Part shown: positions 1 to 13,147 of the stretch, in pieces | How the letters are laid out: every line of letters begins with the position of its first letter | How positions within the stretch are numbered: position 1 is the first letter of the stretch | Source of the DNA: Camelus ferus | Lineage: Eukaryota | Assembly: GCF_009834535.1 (NCBI RefSeq) | Contig: NC_045697.1 | Location: 20,462,001 to 20,526,000, forward strand | Reading direction: 5' to 3' | DNA: 64,000 bases | The notes under the pieces: generated by a model | What the model was told of the DNA's origin: nothing | Seen by the model: the letters and a program-made list of their open reading frames with translations, nothing else | Database searches by the model: none | Program-made: the position numbers and the translations under genes

Positions 1-520
1 ATAGGTTTCCCTGCCTTGACTCTTTAGCTCCCTTAACGTACATTCTCTGCCAAAGATTCTGACAAAGACCCTTCTAACAGAACTAGGCAGTCTCTTCTGA
101 GCCCTGTTTCAGACTGAGTCTCATCCCTGGGCCCTGTCCTTGGCCTGCTGAAGCCAGTTTTAGCAAAGAACCTTGATAAGTCAGCTGAACAAGAACGCTT
201 GCCCTTGGTACCTGAACACTCTTGATATCTGATCAAGTTCACCATCCCCTACTTTGACATGTAAGACCTTGGCAGGTCTTTGGCAAGAATCTCCTTAGAT
301 CAGTTCAGCAAGAATCTCCTTATTCTTGAGGTCTCCTCTTAGTGATTTTCCTCCCACTGACTTTCTCACTTGGCTTGTTGGCTCTTAACCCCCAGCTGTC
401 TTTGCTGTGTTTGGAATTGAGCTCAGTTGTCTTATGGCAGAAGCCTCCTCCTCCAACTGTGGCAGTTACTGAATGAAATTGGTCTTTACTGCGTTAGTGT
501 CCAGCTGTTTTTCTCTTGGA
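1..520 (+). mobile_element. ERV1-type LTR (MER39/MER34-like), truncated by window start
   Basis: Repeated (tt)agcaagaatc motifs, gatatctgatcaa and ttggaattgagc, typical of this LTR group. Confidence 0.6.
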
Positions 521-1589
521 GATTAGTTACCTTTCTTCAGAAAGTAGTCACACTTTATAAACTATGACTCACTTCTTGTTATTTCCCAATGAAATAGAAT
601 GAAATCCTATATTCTTTGCCAGTCTTCAAGATATTACATAATCTGAACCTCTCTGATTTTCCTTCTGCTTTCTTCCCTCTTTTCCTCTTAGATTTTTCAT
701 ATAGCTGCATCTATCTCATCAGTTAGGATGTTGTTTAAATGCCAATTTTCTCGGAAGGGCTTCAGTGAATTCCCTACCCCAAGTCACACCCCCTCAGTCC
801 CATCACTATGTCATTATTCTGTTTATTTTCTTTGTTGCCCCTCCCAGTGTCTAAAATGTTCTTCTTATTAATTTTTGTGATTATTGTCTGAGTCCTTGCA
901 GTAAAACAGAGCCAGGCTTTTGATGTGTGCTGAGTAAATATTTTTCACTAGCTATCTGCCTGCCTGCTTGTTTGTCCTATAGAACCAGGAGGTAAGAATC
1001 ATAAACGCAAAATAACATAAAAAATAAAGAAAACACACTACAACCGAGGGGGGAAAAACATGCTTTGCTCTTCAATAATGAAAACAATTTTTCAAAAGTT
1101 TCCATCAGGAGTCATCCTATTGGAAATGAATAAATAATATATAGAGCAGGAAACACACATTCTTAATTCAAGGACAGATTTTAGATCAAAAGCTTGACTA
1201 ACCTCTTAAAATCCTTAGTGTTCTAGATGAAAAGTCACCTCAGGGGGCAATTAGAGGATATACTCATTAAACCAATCGTACAAAGGCCGTGCAGCCTGGG
1301 TGAAAGAGGTTAGGCAGGACCATTAAGAAGTAACCTGGAAAACCAGTCATTTGAACGACTTTGCCTCGGAGGGTACCTTACAGCAAGCAGACACCAGGCA
1401 ACTGCATTTGGTTTCAAGTTCAAAGTTACAGAGTACAAAGGATAAAGGAACTCTGCCCTCCCTTCTTATTTAACTAGTTTTAATTTGAACTTCAATATGG
1501 AAGTTGGGTGACAAAGAAGTATGTCCTAAAGACTTTACAAAATGCTAAGGTTATTTAAGTTACATAAGGTATTTAAAATTGGTCCGTAG

Positions 1590-1733
1590 CTTAGGAACAA
1601 GGGTAAGATCTCTTCCACCTCTCCCATCAATAATAGCCCAAAGTGACCAAAAACTTTGGTGTTTGGTGGCTAAAGCTGAGCCCTTCAATCATAAAATTGA
1701 TGTCCCCTTTTTATATAATTGTCTCTGGTACAT
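1590..1733 (-). pseudogene. Exon remnant resembling the RGSL1 C-terminal RGS-like segment
   Basis: Acceptor ttttccttctccag immediately upstream of 1733; translation (D)VPETII*KGDINFMIEG...YY*WERWKRSY; 3' boundary approximate. Confidence 0.45.
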
Positions 1734-2319
1734 CTGGAGAAGGAAAATCAGGCTTAAGAAACTAAGAGAGACTTAGGCATGATGGAGACCTACAACAGAG
1801 AGAAAAAATGATTTATCTTTTTATCTTGTGAACAAGACCTATAGCAAAGTAGAGATCCAAAACCTTACACAGAGCCATCATGAAGATGGATCAGACAACG
1901 TCAGAAAAAAAAATGTTCATTTCTCCATGCCTTTCTAACCTCTGCCACCAGTTTCAGAATTAAATTGCTCTTTTCTTTTTGAGTTAGTAATTTGTCTCTT
2001 CGATTTCTCAGTTATTGAGAAAACAACAAAATATCATGTCTGCTGAAACTCAGGCAGAACTTCTTCCTTTTCTGAAAGAAAGGAGACACCTCCATGGGCC
2101 AGGTCTGGAGACAGTCCTGAGAAATAACATATTGAGTCATTCTCTGGGGCTGGGTGACCCAATCAACAGCACTGATAGTTTTTCCACTTATAAGCTTGGA
2201 CTTCCTCACCTAGGACTTAGAGGCTTAATAAATCTGTGGTCTGTTTCAAACAAGGCTTCAACTGACAAAGGTAAGAATAAGAGGGATGGAGATAAATCAT
2301 GATTCTTTTCTTCCAAAAT

Positions 2320-2468
2320 TATTATTTTATTTTATATTTTGGTGGAGGGATGTAATTAGGTTTATTTATTTACTTATTATTTTTAGAGGAGGTGCTGGGG
2401 ATTGAACCTGAGACCTCATGCATGCTGAGCATGTGCTCTACCACTTGAGCTATAATATACCTCCCCCT
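2320..2468 (-). mobile_element. Vic-1-type tRNA-derived SINE
   Basis: Reverse complement reads tatagctcaagtggtagagcacatgctcagcatgcatgaggtctcaggttcaatccccagcacctcc (A/B boxes), with AT-rich tail; caaaatta on both flanks. Confidence 0.85.
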
Positions 2469-2541
2469 CAAAATTACTTTTTGTCACCAAGGGTAAGATT
2501 TCAATCTAATTTTTTAAAACTATATCTGGTTAATATTTACG

Positions 2542-3020
2542 GCCTTTAAGAAGACAACGTTCTTTTAGGAGAATGAGATAGCGACATGAGTTATATCTCT
2601 GGCACTGTTTTTAAATCTTGAGAGTATGACTTTGGGCATTCCTTGAGACTGATGAGCCAGTGCATTGACTAGCCAACGCAATTCACATTGTTGAAGTCAA
2701 CATAAGCAGAAACTCCTGAAGTTGTCCAGTCCTGGTTCTAAATACCTGAATCCAGTGGACCTGGCCATCTCAACATCTATGACAGTCACTAACAGAGAGA
2801 GGACTTGGAACTCGATAATTTCTAAGCTCCTACACAGTTGTAAAACCATGTGGTTCTTTCTGCTTCTTCGGCGCTTTACAAAATTAGCAAGATCTCTTAG
2901 CAAAAGGGTTCCCAACAAGAGATTCCAGACTTCAAGGATTCATTGCTTGAATTTTGGAAAAGGCCCAGCCACTGTCTTTTTGAATATTACCTCCTCATTA
3001 TGATGTTTTCTTTCTTCTAG
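2542..3020 (-). pseudogene. Large exon remnant, one frame with 3 stops
   Basis: About 160 codons in one frame with only 3 stops (LEERKH...ILEVWNLLLGTLLLRDLANFVKRRRSRKN...VTVIDVEM...); includes ORF 2697-2918; boundaries approximate. Confidence 0.45.
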
Positions 3021-3339
3021 AAGCTCAATTACTTTTACGTTGAAACTTTTTAGCCATTCTTCACATCTCATGTTCTGTGTAATAGTCCCCATTTCTGTAC
3101 TATACTCTATTTACTTTATTTAGATTGAAAAACTTGTTTACCAATTTTTTCTACTGTGAATTTTTACTGGTTTAGCATTCAGATAAGTAGTTTAAAATCA
3201 ATTTATTTTTCTTTCCTAGGATTTGAGTTTATTTTTGTTTGTCTTTTAATATTGCTCTATTTTTATGTCTCTTGTTTTATAGAATCTTAGTAGCTATTTT
3301 TATTTACTTAAACATAGACATCATTATGCCATGTGTTTG

Positions 3340-3848
3340 GGCTCCAAATTAAAAAACAGATCACACACTAGGAAAAATATTTTTTATGTATCTCATGAAG
3401 GATTAGCATTGAGAAATTACTCCTAAAATTCCTAAGAAATCAAGCCAATAAAAGTGATGGTAATGACATGGATGGCAGAATATATTTTTAAAAGTTTAAA
3501 CTGCAGTAATAAACAGGGAAATAAAAATTAAAACTACAGTAAGATGACTATAAATCCAATAGATTGGTAAAAATTTTAATTGTCTGATAATACCAAATTT
3601 TTTCAAATATGTGATGTAATGGGAACTGTGATATCAGTACTGATAGAAGTAACATTATTAAAAACAATTTGTAAAATTACTTGTTATCTTTTGTAAAGTT
3701 CTACATTTCAAATTATATAATTTACCCATCCTTTTGATTGAACGTACACACTTTACAGAAACTCTTGCACATGGACACCAGAAGACAAACACAGTAATGA
3801 TTGAGTTTGTAACAGCAAAACAAATGAAAATCTAACCCAAATGCTCAA
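3340..3848 (+). mobile_element. Old L1 (L1M-type) 3' fragment, resuming after the LTR at about 4460-4750
   Basis: Degenerate L1 ORF2 end (gaaataaaaattaaaactacagtaagat; gaaactcttgcacatg). Confidence 0.55.
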
Positions 3849-3849
3849 C

Positions 3850-4457
3850 TGTTACCTGAAAACTGAGTTCACCTCTTGATGGTTGTTGACCCAAAAGACA
3901 CAACCAAGCCAAAGAGTGGGAGAAGGAAGGATTTATTACTTGCAGCAAGTGAGGAGAACATGGGTGATCTTTTCCAAAGCAGTGTCTCCCCAGTAACAAA
4001 ACTGGGGAAGTTCTAAGCTAAGGGTACATGCATATTCATGAAAGGGCTTGGATGATGTCATAGAATTTGGGCAAAGGTCAACAGAGTCCAAGCTTTAGTT
4101 GACTGACATCACAAGGCTCAGAAAAGGTCACAATCATTATCTTTTAGGTTCCAATTGATCTGGTGGTTGAGCGCTTCAGGTTAATCTTTCTGACTGAAAC
4201 AGAACTGGGAGTCTTTACAACTGATATCTTTGCTGTTGTTACTTCTCTTGCCTGATAACAGTCATTTGTTCCTACATTCCTTGTCCCTTCAAGACCATTA
4301 ATTACTGAGACCTGTTCAAGGACAGGATTATTCAAGGATAAGCATTGTGGCCAAGTTTAGATCACAAACTGGCTTAGGTCAAAATGACTTCTCTTATGTC
4401 AAGAAAGCCATGCCCAGTTCTCTTTCTCCAGGGACCCACTACCCTGTCTGCTTCTAA
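3850..4457 (-). mobile_element. Solo ERV LTR
   Basis: Begins tgttacc; reverse AATAAA (tttatt) near 3933; interrupts the L1M fragment. Confidence 0.6.
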
Positions 4458-4753
4458 AACAAGAGAATGAATAAATACACTACAGTAGATTAAAAAAAAT
4501 GAAAATTAAGTGGTATTTAGAGTGAAGCAACAGCAGTTACACACGATAGATAACTATTAGAATAAGTCACATTTTTGCTATTAAAAAAGGAGATCATAGG
4601 AAAACAAACAGAACTAAAAGTGATATTTATGGATATATATATATATGGTAAAGATGTAAAAAACAAAACAAAAGAATAATTTAAAAAATAAGCTTAAATC
4701 AGTATTCCATGTTGTCTTTAAGAGAACAGCTAAGGTTATCGGGGATAGACAGG

Positions 4754-5144
4754 TGTTAAAAAAAATTCAACTGAATAAATTAAAGATCTAATTGACTTTA
4801 TTCAGTGATTTATGAATTGGGCAGCATCCCATCTAGCAAATATAAAGGGGCTCCAAGAAGTGTACATAGTGGAGGATTTTTTTCAGGTAAGAAACGCTGG
4901 GACAAGGAAGTTACTAGCAAAGAGTGGGTTATTATAGGCAAGGTCACCTTCCTTTGGCAAAAGGCAGGGGACTGTCCGGCAGATTACCTCACTAGTGCTA
5001 ACCAGGTAATTCCAGATGGACTGGTTTAAAATTCCACTTCTGGGACAGGTTGAAACTGTAATTAAGCTAGTTGCTATTTCTCAGTTTGGTGATGTGAGCT
5101 TAGCACAAGTGACACCATTTTAAGCCTGTTGACTTTTTTTAACA
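4754..5144 (-). mobile_element. Solo ERV LTR
   Basis: tgttaaaa...ttttaaca inverted termini; reverse AATAAA near 4797. Confidence 0.6.
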
Positions 5145-5396
5145 CATGGAACTACAAGTTTATATAATAATTGTTTCTTTGATTTCTGAGTCTTCTACAA
5201 GTGTTAAGTTTATTGTTGTGCTTAATTTAGGTTACATACTTTATATATATTAATTAATCTAAGTTAAAGTATAGTTTTTAAGTCCAATTTTAAGTTAATA
5301 TACACCAGTCTGTTAACTCAGTTTAGTTCTAAGGATGGGGGCTTGTTAGATTATAAAGGATCTTCATTTGATATATATATTATTAATCATCTTTAC

Positions 5397-5708
5397 CTTT
5401 GCACATATATGTGTTATTTGATAGCTGATGATACTTTCCAACAGAGGATATTGTCTGATGCAACCATTCCTTAGAGAACAAAGGAATGGAAGAACCATCC
5501 ATACTATCTGCACCCCAAACATGTTAATTTCTAGACTTTCCCTCAAATCAAGATCACACCCACATTTCAAATCTTCCTTCTCTGGATATGTTATGAAATT
5601 GTCCCCAGATCTCAGGAGGAAAATCAAACACGTTTCTACTTTGAGGTGTTTCAAAATGAAGGAAAAAAAGATTAGTGTATTTTTCAGTGAAAAAGATGCT
5701 AGCATTTT
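5397..5708 (-). pseudogene. 312-bp exon, open in phase 0, encoding an RGS-domain-like helix segment
   Basis: Acceptor actgtttttcag|AAAATG and donor GCAAAG|gtaaag; 104 codons with no stop; LKNTLIFFSFILKHLKVETCLIFL fits the RGS L.N...FF..FLK...E..L.F pattern. Confidence 0.6.
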
Positions 5709-6859
5709 CTGAAAAACAGTTACCAGAAAGTTGTCATAAAAATGGATGCTCCATTGCTCTCTAAAAGTATTCAATTACAATGTTGTTTTAAGTACCTAAT
5801 ATTTCAGATTAACTAAAACCCAATTTTTCCTTAAGCTACATTTTTTCCCCCTTGAATTGCTTTTCCAAGGCATCCAATAAATAAGGCAGGCTTTCTTTAA
5901 TTACTGAAGTCTAGCTATGAAAGGAGAGTGATCACAGAAAAGGAGGTTGTAGTTGGCTTTCACTGTTCTTTTGTTATCTCTTCTGTTTCCTGCTGTGATA
6001 CAAATGATTCTCTTTAGCTTGCTGACAGTGGCATTTGCTTTGGGCTAAAAAAAAAAAAAAAAAGCTTCAGAACACCAGCTAGAAAAATGAATGTTTGTTA
6101 TTTCAACAAATTGCAACATCTTCAAAATCCAACATTTGTCTTTATCACACAGTTGTAATAATATGAACAATGTAGCCTATCTCTCTGCTGTGGAATATCC
6201 TTAGTGCTCAGCTTCTGGGATGAAGTCAAAGATACATTATCAAGAACACCATGGTGTGAAGTTTGAAACAATTAAATTAACTGGGATTAAGCATAAACAC
6301 ATAATAAAATCATCTTTGAAATCATTTAGCAATCCTTGGGACATTCCCTCTTATTCTTTGGAAATGTTATCTCCTGGATTAATGTCACTGTCCCTGACAC
6401 TGCTTCTGTCATAATTCTAGCTTTTTTCAGTACCTAGATTTATGCTCATTCTTATACTCTCTTCTCTTGGGTTGTTTTTCTTAGTCACTCTACCTCGACT
6501 TCAGTAACATTAAGGTCATGATCTAAGCTTTGTCCTTATAAATATTGCATCTTTCCATAATTCCAATATCAAGTATTCCATTCTCCACCACAAACTCCTC
6601 TCTCTCTCGACTCTCTGACTCTGAAACCTAACTCCCACAATGCTTTGACCCTATGTCGCTTAATTTTTCTCCCATTCACTATCCCTCACTGATGTTCTTA
6701 CTTCCTTTCTCACAGAACTTAAATTTCATGGTTAATCATTATAAATCTTCCCATACATACACTCTGAGGAATGTTGCCTCCCTTGCTTTGTTGTAATATC
6801 TTAGCAAGACTCCAAATCTGGTTAAAACTAAACTCATGTTTTAACTTGTATCCTAACTT

Positions 6860-7340
6860 GACTGTTAGCTAGGGTAAAGGATAAATTGTTTGAATAAAGA
6901 AACCTCGAAAATGTAAGGACCTAAATAAAAGAGAAGTTCATTTTTTCCTCAACTAAAGATACCAAGACGAGTGGTCCAGTTAAGCAGCGAGCCTGGACTC
7001 CATGCAGACATTCAGGGACGTGGGTTTCCTTTTTCCTTTCCCATTGTTACAGCGTTATCCTTACTTCCTGACTAGAGTTGGGTAACTAGGCATGACCATG
7101 ACTTAATTCATATAATCTGGAAAGAGCGGAGATGTAGTTTAATAACATTCCTTTTAACAGCTGAGGCAGGAGTCTCCTTTATCTCTTCTGCTCACACTCC
7201 CAGGTAAGGTGGTGTCACATTTCTACACCTCTGTAAGAGGGAATCTGTGAAATAGAAAAGTCTAGGCTGGATAGACATTTGTATAACTTGACCTGATTAC
7301 ATGAAAGGGATTTTGGTGGAAAGTTAACAGCTGTTGTATC
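6860..7340 (-). mobile_element. Old MaLR (MLT1-like) LTR
   Basis: Degenerate MLT1-like ends. Confidence 0.4.
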
Positions 7341-7529
7341 TGAACAAAGCTGGAGAAAAACATATACTCTTTTGACAAATATTATGTCAAATTCAGAACT
7401 ACTGACCATAAGTGGTCTCTTAATTATGCTTGACAATTATAATATTTTTTTAGGTGTTTCCTTTCTAGACCCATTTTATATGTATCTATACCTTTTCTTT
7501 TATGTCACTGAGTAAATAAAAACAATCGG

Positions 7530-9480
7530 AACGTCAATTTGAGACACATCCCAACATCTACTCATCTCCCTACATTAGCTTCCATGTATTGTTTCTTCCC
7601 ATTTCTTACTGTATATGAATCCTCTGTGACTGTAAGCTAAGCTCATCGTGACTACATTAGATACCATCTAATTTCACCTATCCAGGGCCACCTTCGTAGG
7701 AGTTTTCCCCTTCTCTTCTGTATTATCAATTCCCCCTTTTTACTGAGTCATCTACATCACCATAAAAATACATTTGTAAGTATATATATGGTATATATTT
7801 ATGGTTTACCATATGGAATAATTAAATATGCCATCTTTAAAATAAAGGAATCCCTCTTGATTTCATATATCACACTAGTTCCCCTGTTTATGTTCCTAAT
7901 TACTGTAAAGTGTTTTTGAAATAGTGGTCAATAAATGTCTTTGTTTCCCTTTCTCTGTCTCTGTCTTTCTCCCTCTCTCTTTATATATGTATCTTTATTG
8001 CCTCCAGCATTCCCCCAAAGCTACTATTCTCAGGATTACAAATGACATTCATTTTGCTAACTCTAATGGCCGATTTTATTTTCAGTGCTCATCTTACGTG
8101 ACCTTTCAGCATCATTTAACACAATCACTCTACCTAGGAGCATTACATTAGATATGCATGGGACCACAAGCCTCTTGTTTTCCTTCTACTTCACTAGCCA
8201 GTCTTTCTCATTCTCATTTCGACTTCCTCCTTATCACCCTGCTGCTAAAGGTTGGAAATACCCTTTGACTTAGTTTTTTTAGTTTTTTTGATCTATGCGG
8301 CTTCTTGTAGTAATCTCACCCAGTTTCATGGCTTTAAGCATTAACTATATGTTAAAGAATCCAGACCTGTGTGTCTTACAATGCACTTAACATTCTCCCT
8401 TAGATGTCGAATAGGGATCTGAAATATAAAATGTTTAAATATAGCCTCTTCACCTTCACCCCTACATCTCATCCTCCCATTTCAATTAACGGCAACTTCA
8501 TTCCCCTAATTGTTGAGACAGAAAACAGAGCTAACTTTGAATACATTATTTCATGCCATGCATTCATTCTTTCAGCAAATGCAATTGGTTTTAATTTCAC
8601 AATAGAGACAGATTCTAAATATTTTTTCACCATCATTATCACTCTGATCTAAGCTACACCATTGTTCACTTCTATAACTACAAATGGTTCCTAATTATTC
8701 TCCCCAGTTCTGTCCTTTCCCCCAAAGTCGTTCTTAGCAAGATAGGTAGAGTGATCCTGTTAAGGTCAAGGCTAATCATGACACTCCTGTGCCCAAAACA
8801 TTCAAGTGACTTCTCATCTCAAAGTCTTACATATTTATAGTGGCCTAGCTTTTCCTTGTCTTTCTAATTTCACCTCCCACCATGCAGTAGTTCAGCGCAT
8901 GGGCTCAGAAGCCTGATGTTTCTAGGTTCAAATGATGGTCCCATCACTTTCCAGATGTTATTTAACCCTTGTACTCCTCAGTGTCCTCTTCTGTATAATG
9001 GGGATAATAACACCTATATCACTGGGGTTTTTCTAAGATTAAATGAGTTAAATAAAAAGTACCTAGAATATTCCTGATACAGTATCAGTGCTCAATAAGC
9101 ATTAGTTTCTACTTCTTTCTTTCTCTCACTCAGTTTCCACTATCCAGTGACTCCTTATTGCTCCTTAAATATATCTAGTCTATTCTTTCCTCAGAGCCCT
9201 AATACCTGTTTCCTTTTTGTTTTGCCTGAGTTCTATACCCCCATGTATTCTCACAACTTCTATTCTCATCTCATTTCAGTCTTTGCTCAAAGTTCAGTGA
9301 GGCTTCTATGACCACCATATTTAAAGTTGAATTGCCAACCCTGCATTGGTCCTCCCCATCCTCATCTGCATGAACTTGTCACTGTCATGTATATATTTAC
9401 TAATTTTTGCCCCTAAACCCTAGAAGAGGGGCAAATGCTTAACAAATATGTATTGAATAAATAAATGAACAAAATATAAC
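7530..9480 (+). mobile_element. L2 remnant with nested MIR (about 8880-9110)
   Basis: Pyrimidine-rich L2 body ending aacaaatatgtattgaataaataaatgaa; MIR core aagattaaatgag. Confidence 0.7.
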
Positions 9481-9871
9481 TTATTGTGTGTTCACTATTT
9501 CTCAATTATTGTGTTCAACTTACGCACACTTACCATATTTTATCCTTACAGCAATCCACTAGGCAGACATAACCTCTGTTTTACAAATTCAAAACCAAAA
9601 CCTCAGAGAAGTTGTATAATTTGCCTAAGATCACAAAGCTACAAACTGATAGAATGGAACTCAGACTGGTATCTTTATGACTCTAGTACACATTTTATAT
9701 GGTCCTTTAAATAACAAATCAAGTTAATTTTTATGACATTATGACATTGCAAAAAAATTAAGATTGCATATGCTTTATACCTAGATGCTAATATTTATCC
9801 TGGATGATATTTAAAGATTGAAACTTGTATTTTAGGTTGTACCACCTTTAAAAATGTCTAAAGATCCTTTG

Positions 9872-10716
9872 TATTCTCTAACATCATATTCAAAAACAAA
9901 CTCAAAATAGGTAGAAAACCTAAATATAAGACCAGATACCATAAAACTTCTAGAGAAAAATATAGTCAGAACACTCTTTGGCATAAATTATAGTGCTATT
10001 TTATTGGATCTGTCTCCTCAGGCAAAGGAAACAAAAACAAATATAAACAAATGGGACCTAATCAAACTTAAAAGCTTTTGCACAGCAAAGGAAACAGTCA
10101 ACAAAATGAAAAGACAACCTACTAAATGGGAGAAGATATTTGGAAACGATATGACTGATAAAGGGTTAATAGCCAAAATATATAAAGAGCTCATAACACT
10201 GAATATCTAAAAAAATTGATTTAAAAATGAGCAGAAGTCCTGAATAGATAGATATTTTTCCAAAGAGGACATGCAGATGGCTAACGGGCACATGAAAAGA
10301 TGCTCAACATTGCTAATCACCAGGGAAATGCAAGTCAAAACTGCAGTGAGATATCACCTCACACATGTCAGAATAGCTGTCATCAAAAAGAACATAAATA
10401 ACAAATGTTGGCAAGGATGTGGAGAAAAGAGAACCCTCATACACTGTTGGTGGGAATATATATTGGTGCAGCCACTGTGGAAAAGAGTATGGAAGTTTCT
10501 CAAAAAATGAAAAATAAGACTACCATATGACTCAATAATTCCACTCCTGGGTATATATCCAAAAAAACCAAAAGCAGTAATTTGAAAAGATATATGCAGC
10601 TCAATGTTCTCAGCAACATTATTTACAATTGTCAAGATATGGTAACAACTTAAGAATTGTTGTTTTTCCAACAGATGAATGGGTAAAGATGTGGTGTGTG
10701 TGTATATATATATGTA

Positions 10717-10747
<31 letters not shown>

Positions 10748-11197
10748 ATACATATAAATAAAATGAACTACAATTCAGCCATAAAAATTATGACCCTTTG
10801 CTGTTGTAACAACATGGATGGACTTAGAGGCTGTTATGCTAAGTGAAATAAGTCAGACAGAGAAAGACAGATACTGTATGATATCACTTATTTGAAAAAT
10901 CTAAAAAAATACAACAAACTAGTGAATAGAACAAAACTGAAGCAGACTCACAGATACAGAGTCTAGTGGTTACCAATGGGGAGAGGGAAAGGGGGGGCAA
11001 CATAAGGGTAGGTGATTAAGGAGTGCAAACTATTAGGTTTAAAATAAACTACAAGGATATATTGTATAACACCGGTAAGATAGTCAATAATCTACAATAA
11101 CTATATATGGAGTAGAACATTTAAAACTTGTGAATCACTATGTTGTACATCTGTAACTTATATACTATTATATACCAACTATACTTCAATAAAAAAG
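9872..11197 (+). mobile_element. 5'-truncated L1 (ORF2 C-terminus and 3'UTR)
   Basis: KWDLIKLKSFCTAKET and [11 protein letters not shown]...HCWWE ORF2 motifs; ends cttcaataaaaaa. Confidence 0.95.
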
Positions 11198-11369
11198 CAC
11201 CGCCCCTTCAAAATTATGTATATGTGTCTGTGCATGCGTGTGCGCGCGTGCACACGCACACACACACTATTGTGGGCTAGATTAGTTGAGCAAAAAAAAG
11301 AAAAAAGAAAAACTAGAACTTGTATTTTAGTTGTGCCATCTTTAAAAATGTTTAAAGATATTTTGGATA

Positions 11370-11807
11370 TGTCTAGTAAAATAAAAGCACACATGAGAGC
11401 TCAGTTTTATCTGAGGACTTACTGAGGATTATAGCCTAAGAGACAGTCTCTCAGACAGCTCTGAGGAACTGCTCCAAAGAGGTAAGGGGGGAGGTTAGTA
11501 TGTAGTGATTTTGGAGCAGGGGTACCTGCAACCCAGTACACATCTCTGCAGAAAGTTGCACGAGGCTTTGTTAATGATTTTAGTACTTTTCTATGTAGAA
11601 GCAGATGCAAGAAACTGGGTCCATAAAATTTTCTCCTGAAAATATCTTACTCTCTGAAGGCCTGTCCCACCAGTTTTCCAAAAGCAGAGAGTGGCTCATT
11701 CCTGATCTCCACCCTGAACTCCTTTCAGGGTGTATTAAAAGTCAGCAACTTCTTCGTGACTTCATTCTTACAGAACCAGATGGTGAGCAACATTTTTTAA
11801 CTGTCAT
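11370..11807 (-). mobile_element. Solo ERV1 LTR (MER41-like)
   Basis: ttactgaggattatagcc...ctctgaggaactgctccaaagagg motif; TG...CA ends. Confidence 0.6.
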
Positions 11808-12229
11808 ATGTATCTAAAAAATGTTAAATCACGTCTCAAAACGAATTGACTGGTTTTAATGAATTGCTCTGATACAGAGGCACACACCGCCATTATTAGA
11901 AATTTATTACCATACTATATAGTAAACAGTTTTACTATTAGTATAAATACATTTCATGTGGTGAAGAATTACATAAAAATTTCTGAAAGTCTGAGAGCAC
12001 ATAAGATTCTGCTCTTTGTTCCTCATAACTCACCTGTTTGAAAAATGATTAGGTCCTTGACCTCGATTACAAGTAAAACAACACCAGAACACAACAGCTT
12101 TACATCTAATTTCTAGCTCCAAACTTACCAAGGTACTAAGTAGAAACACTTAATTTCTGTGTCAAAGTAGAAACTATTGTTTTAAAACCTAGAACCAAAG
12201 GAAATAAGTTATATTTTGCTTGATGCCTG

Positions 12230-12670
12230 TTCAAAGAATAACATTTCCCTTGAATTTAAAAATAAAGCCAATAAGCATTTGATCAGGAATAATTGCATCA
12301 AGGAATAATCTCCTCCTTCCTGGAAGGAGAAGATTGAGGTTAGTTAAGAATCAAGTGAATTAGTTTGAAACTGATCTACGATTTTAAAAGGGTAAATATT
12401 TCTAGGTAGCTGACCTTTACTATTACTGAACTAAATAAATTGGTTCTCAGAAATATGGCAGAAATCAAGAAGAACTGTAATTTTCTCATTAAGGAGATAA
12501 TTACCCAAATAGGAATGCAATTACCCAATGATGAACAGTTGGGAAAGATAGATTCAATTTTACGAGTGAGAATTGAAAAGCTGTCAGAGAAAGTTCCAGA
12601 GGGAACAAAGGAGGCACTCATCCTGGTCACAGATCTCCACTATTCTTAATGACAACTATGAACATTTTAC
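12230..12670 (-). pseudogene. Degenerate exon-like block
   Basis: Acceptor gtgtctcttttaag immediately upstream of 12670; non-repeat sequence, coding-like but with many stops (IVEICDQDECLLCSLWNFL*); 3' end approximate. Confidence 0.3.
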
Positions 12671-13147
12671 CTTAAAAGAGACACCTGCTGAGCCACACAA
12701 TGGAAGGAGATCTGGGTGGAATTGATGCTTTCCCATATTCAGGGCATCTTAGTGCTAGCTGATTGGATAGATAAGGTGAGAAATAAGAAAAATGCTCTGC
12801 TACTCCATCTTCAAATCTGTCATATTATCTCATAGCAAGGCATTTTCTCACTTTCCTGACTAATCTTTTGTCCTTTTTTTTTCAGTCATTCTCAGAATAT
12901 CTGGTATCTCAGCAACCATTTTAGATTTTTGTTTATTTATTCAGGCTGATTTCCTATACATTAAGCCTTAAGAAGGTAAGATTCATAAGGTTGGCTTATA
13001 ATTTGGGAGAATTCCCATTTGAAAATAATAGAATTTAATCTATTTGGATGTTGGTTAGGATCTATGATACTGAATTCTCCAGATAGTGTGTATCCACCAA
13101 AATACAAACAAATCTTGGATGAGACTTTTTGCAATGTGATATTACAA

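Noticed and set aside
10004..10671. ORFs with clear protein-like motifs
   Set aside because: Frameshifted L1 ORF2 fragments and their antisense, not host genes; the same applies to 39972-42069.
12307..12335. Near-perfect 14-bp hairpin aatctcctccttcc-t-ggaaggagaagatt
   Set aside because: Short and low-complexity, with no supporting context.
12440..12649. Plus-strand 69-aa ORF with natural-looking composition
   Set aside because: No plus-strand splice context or recognised homology; likely the antisense shadow of a decayed minus-strand exon.
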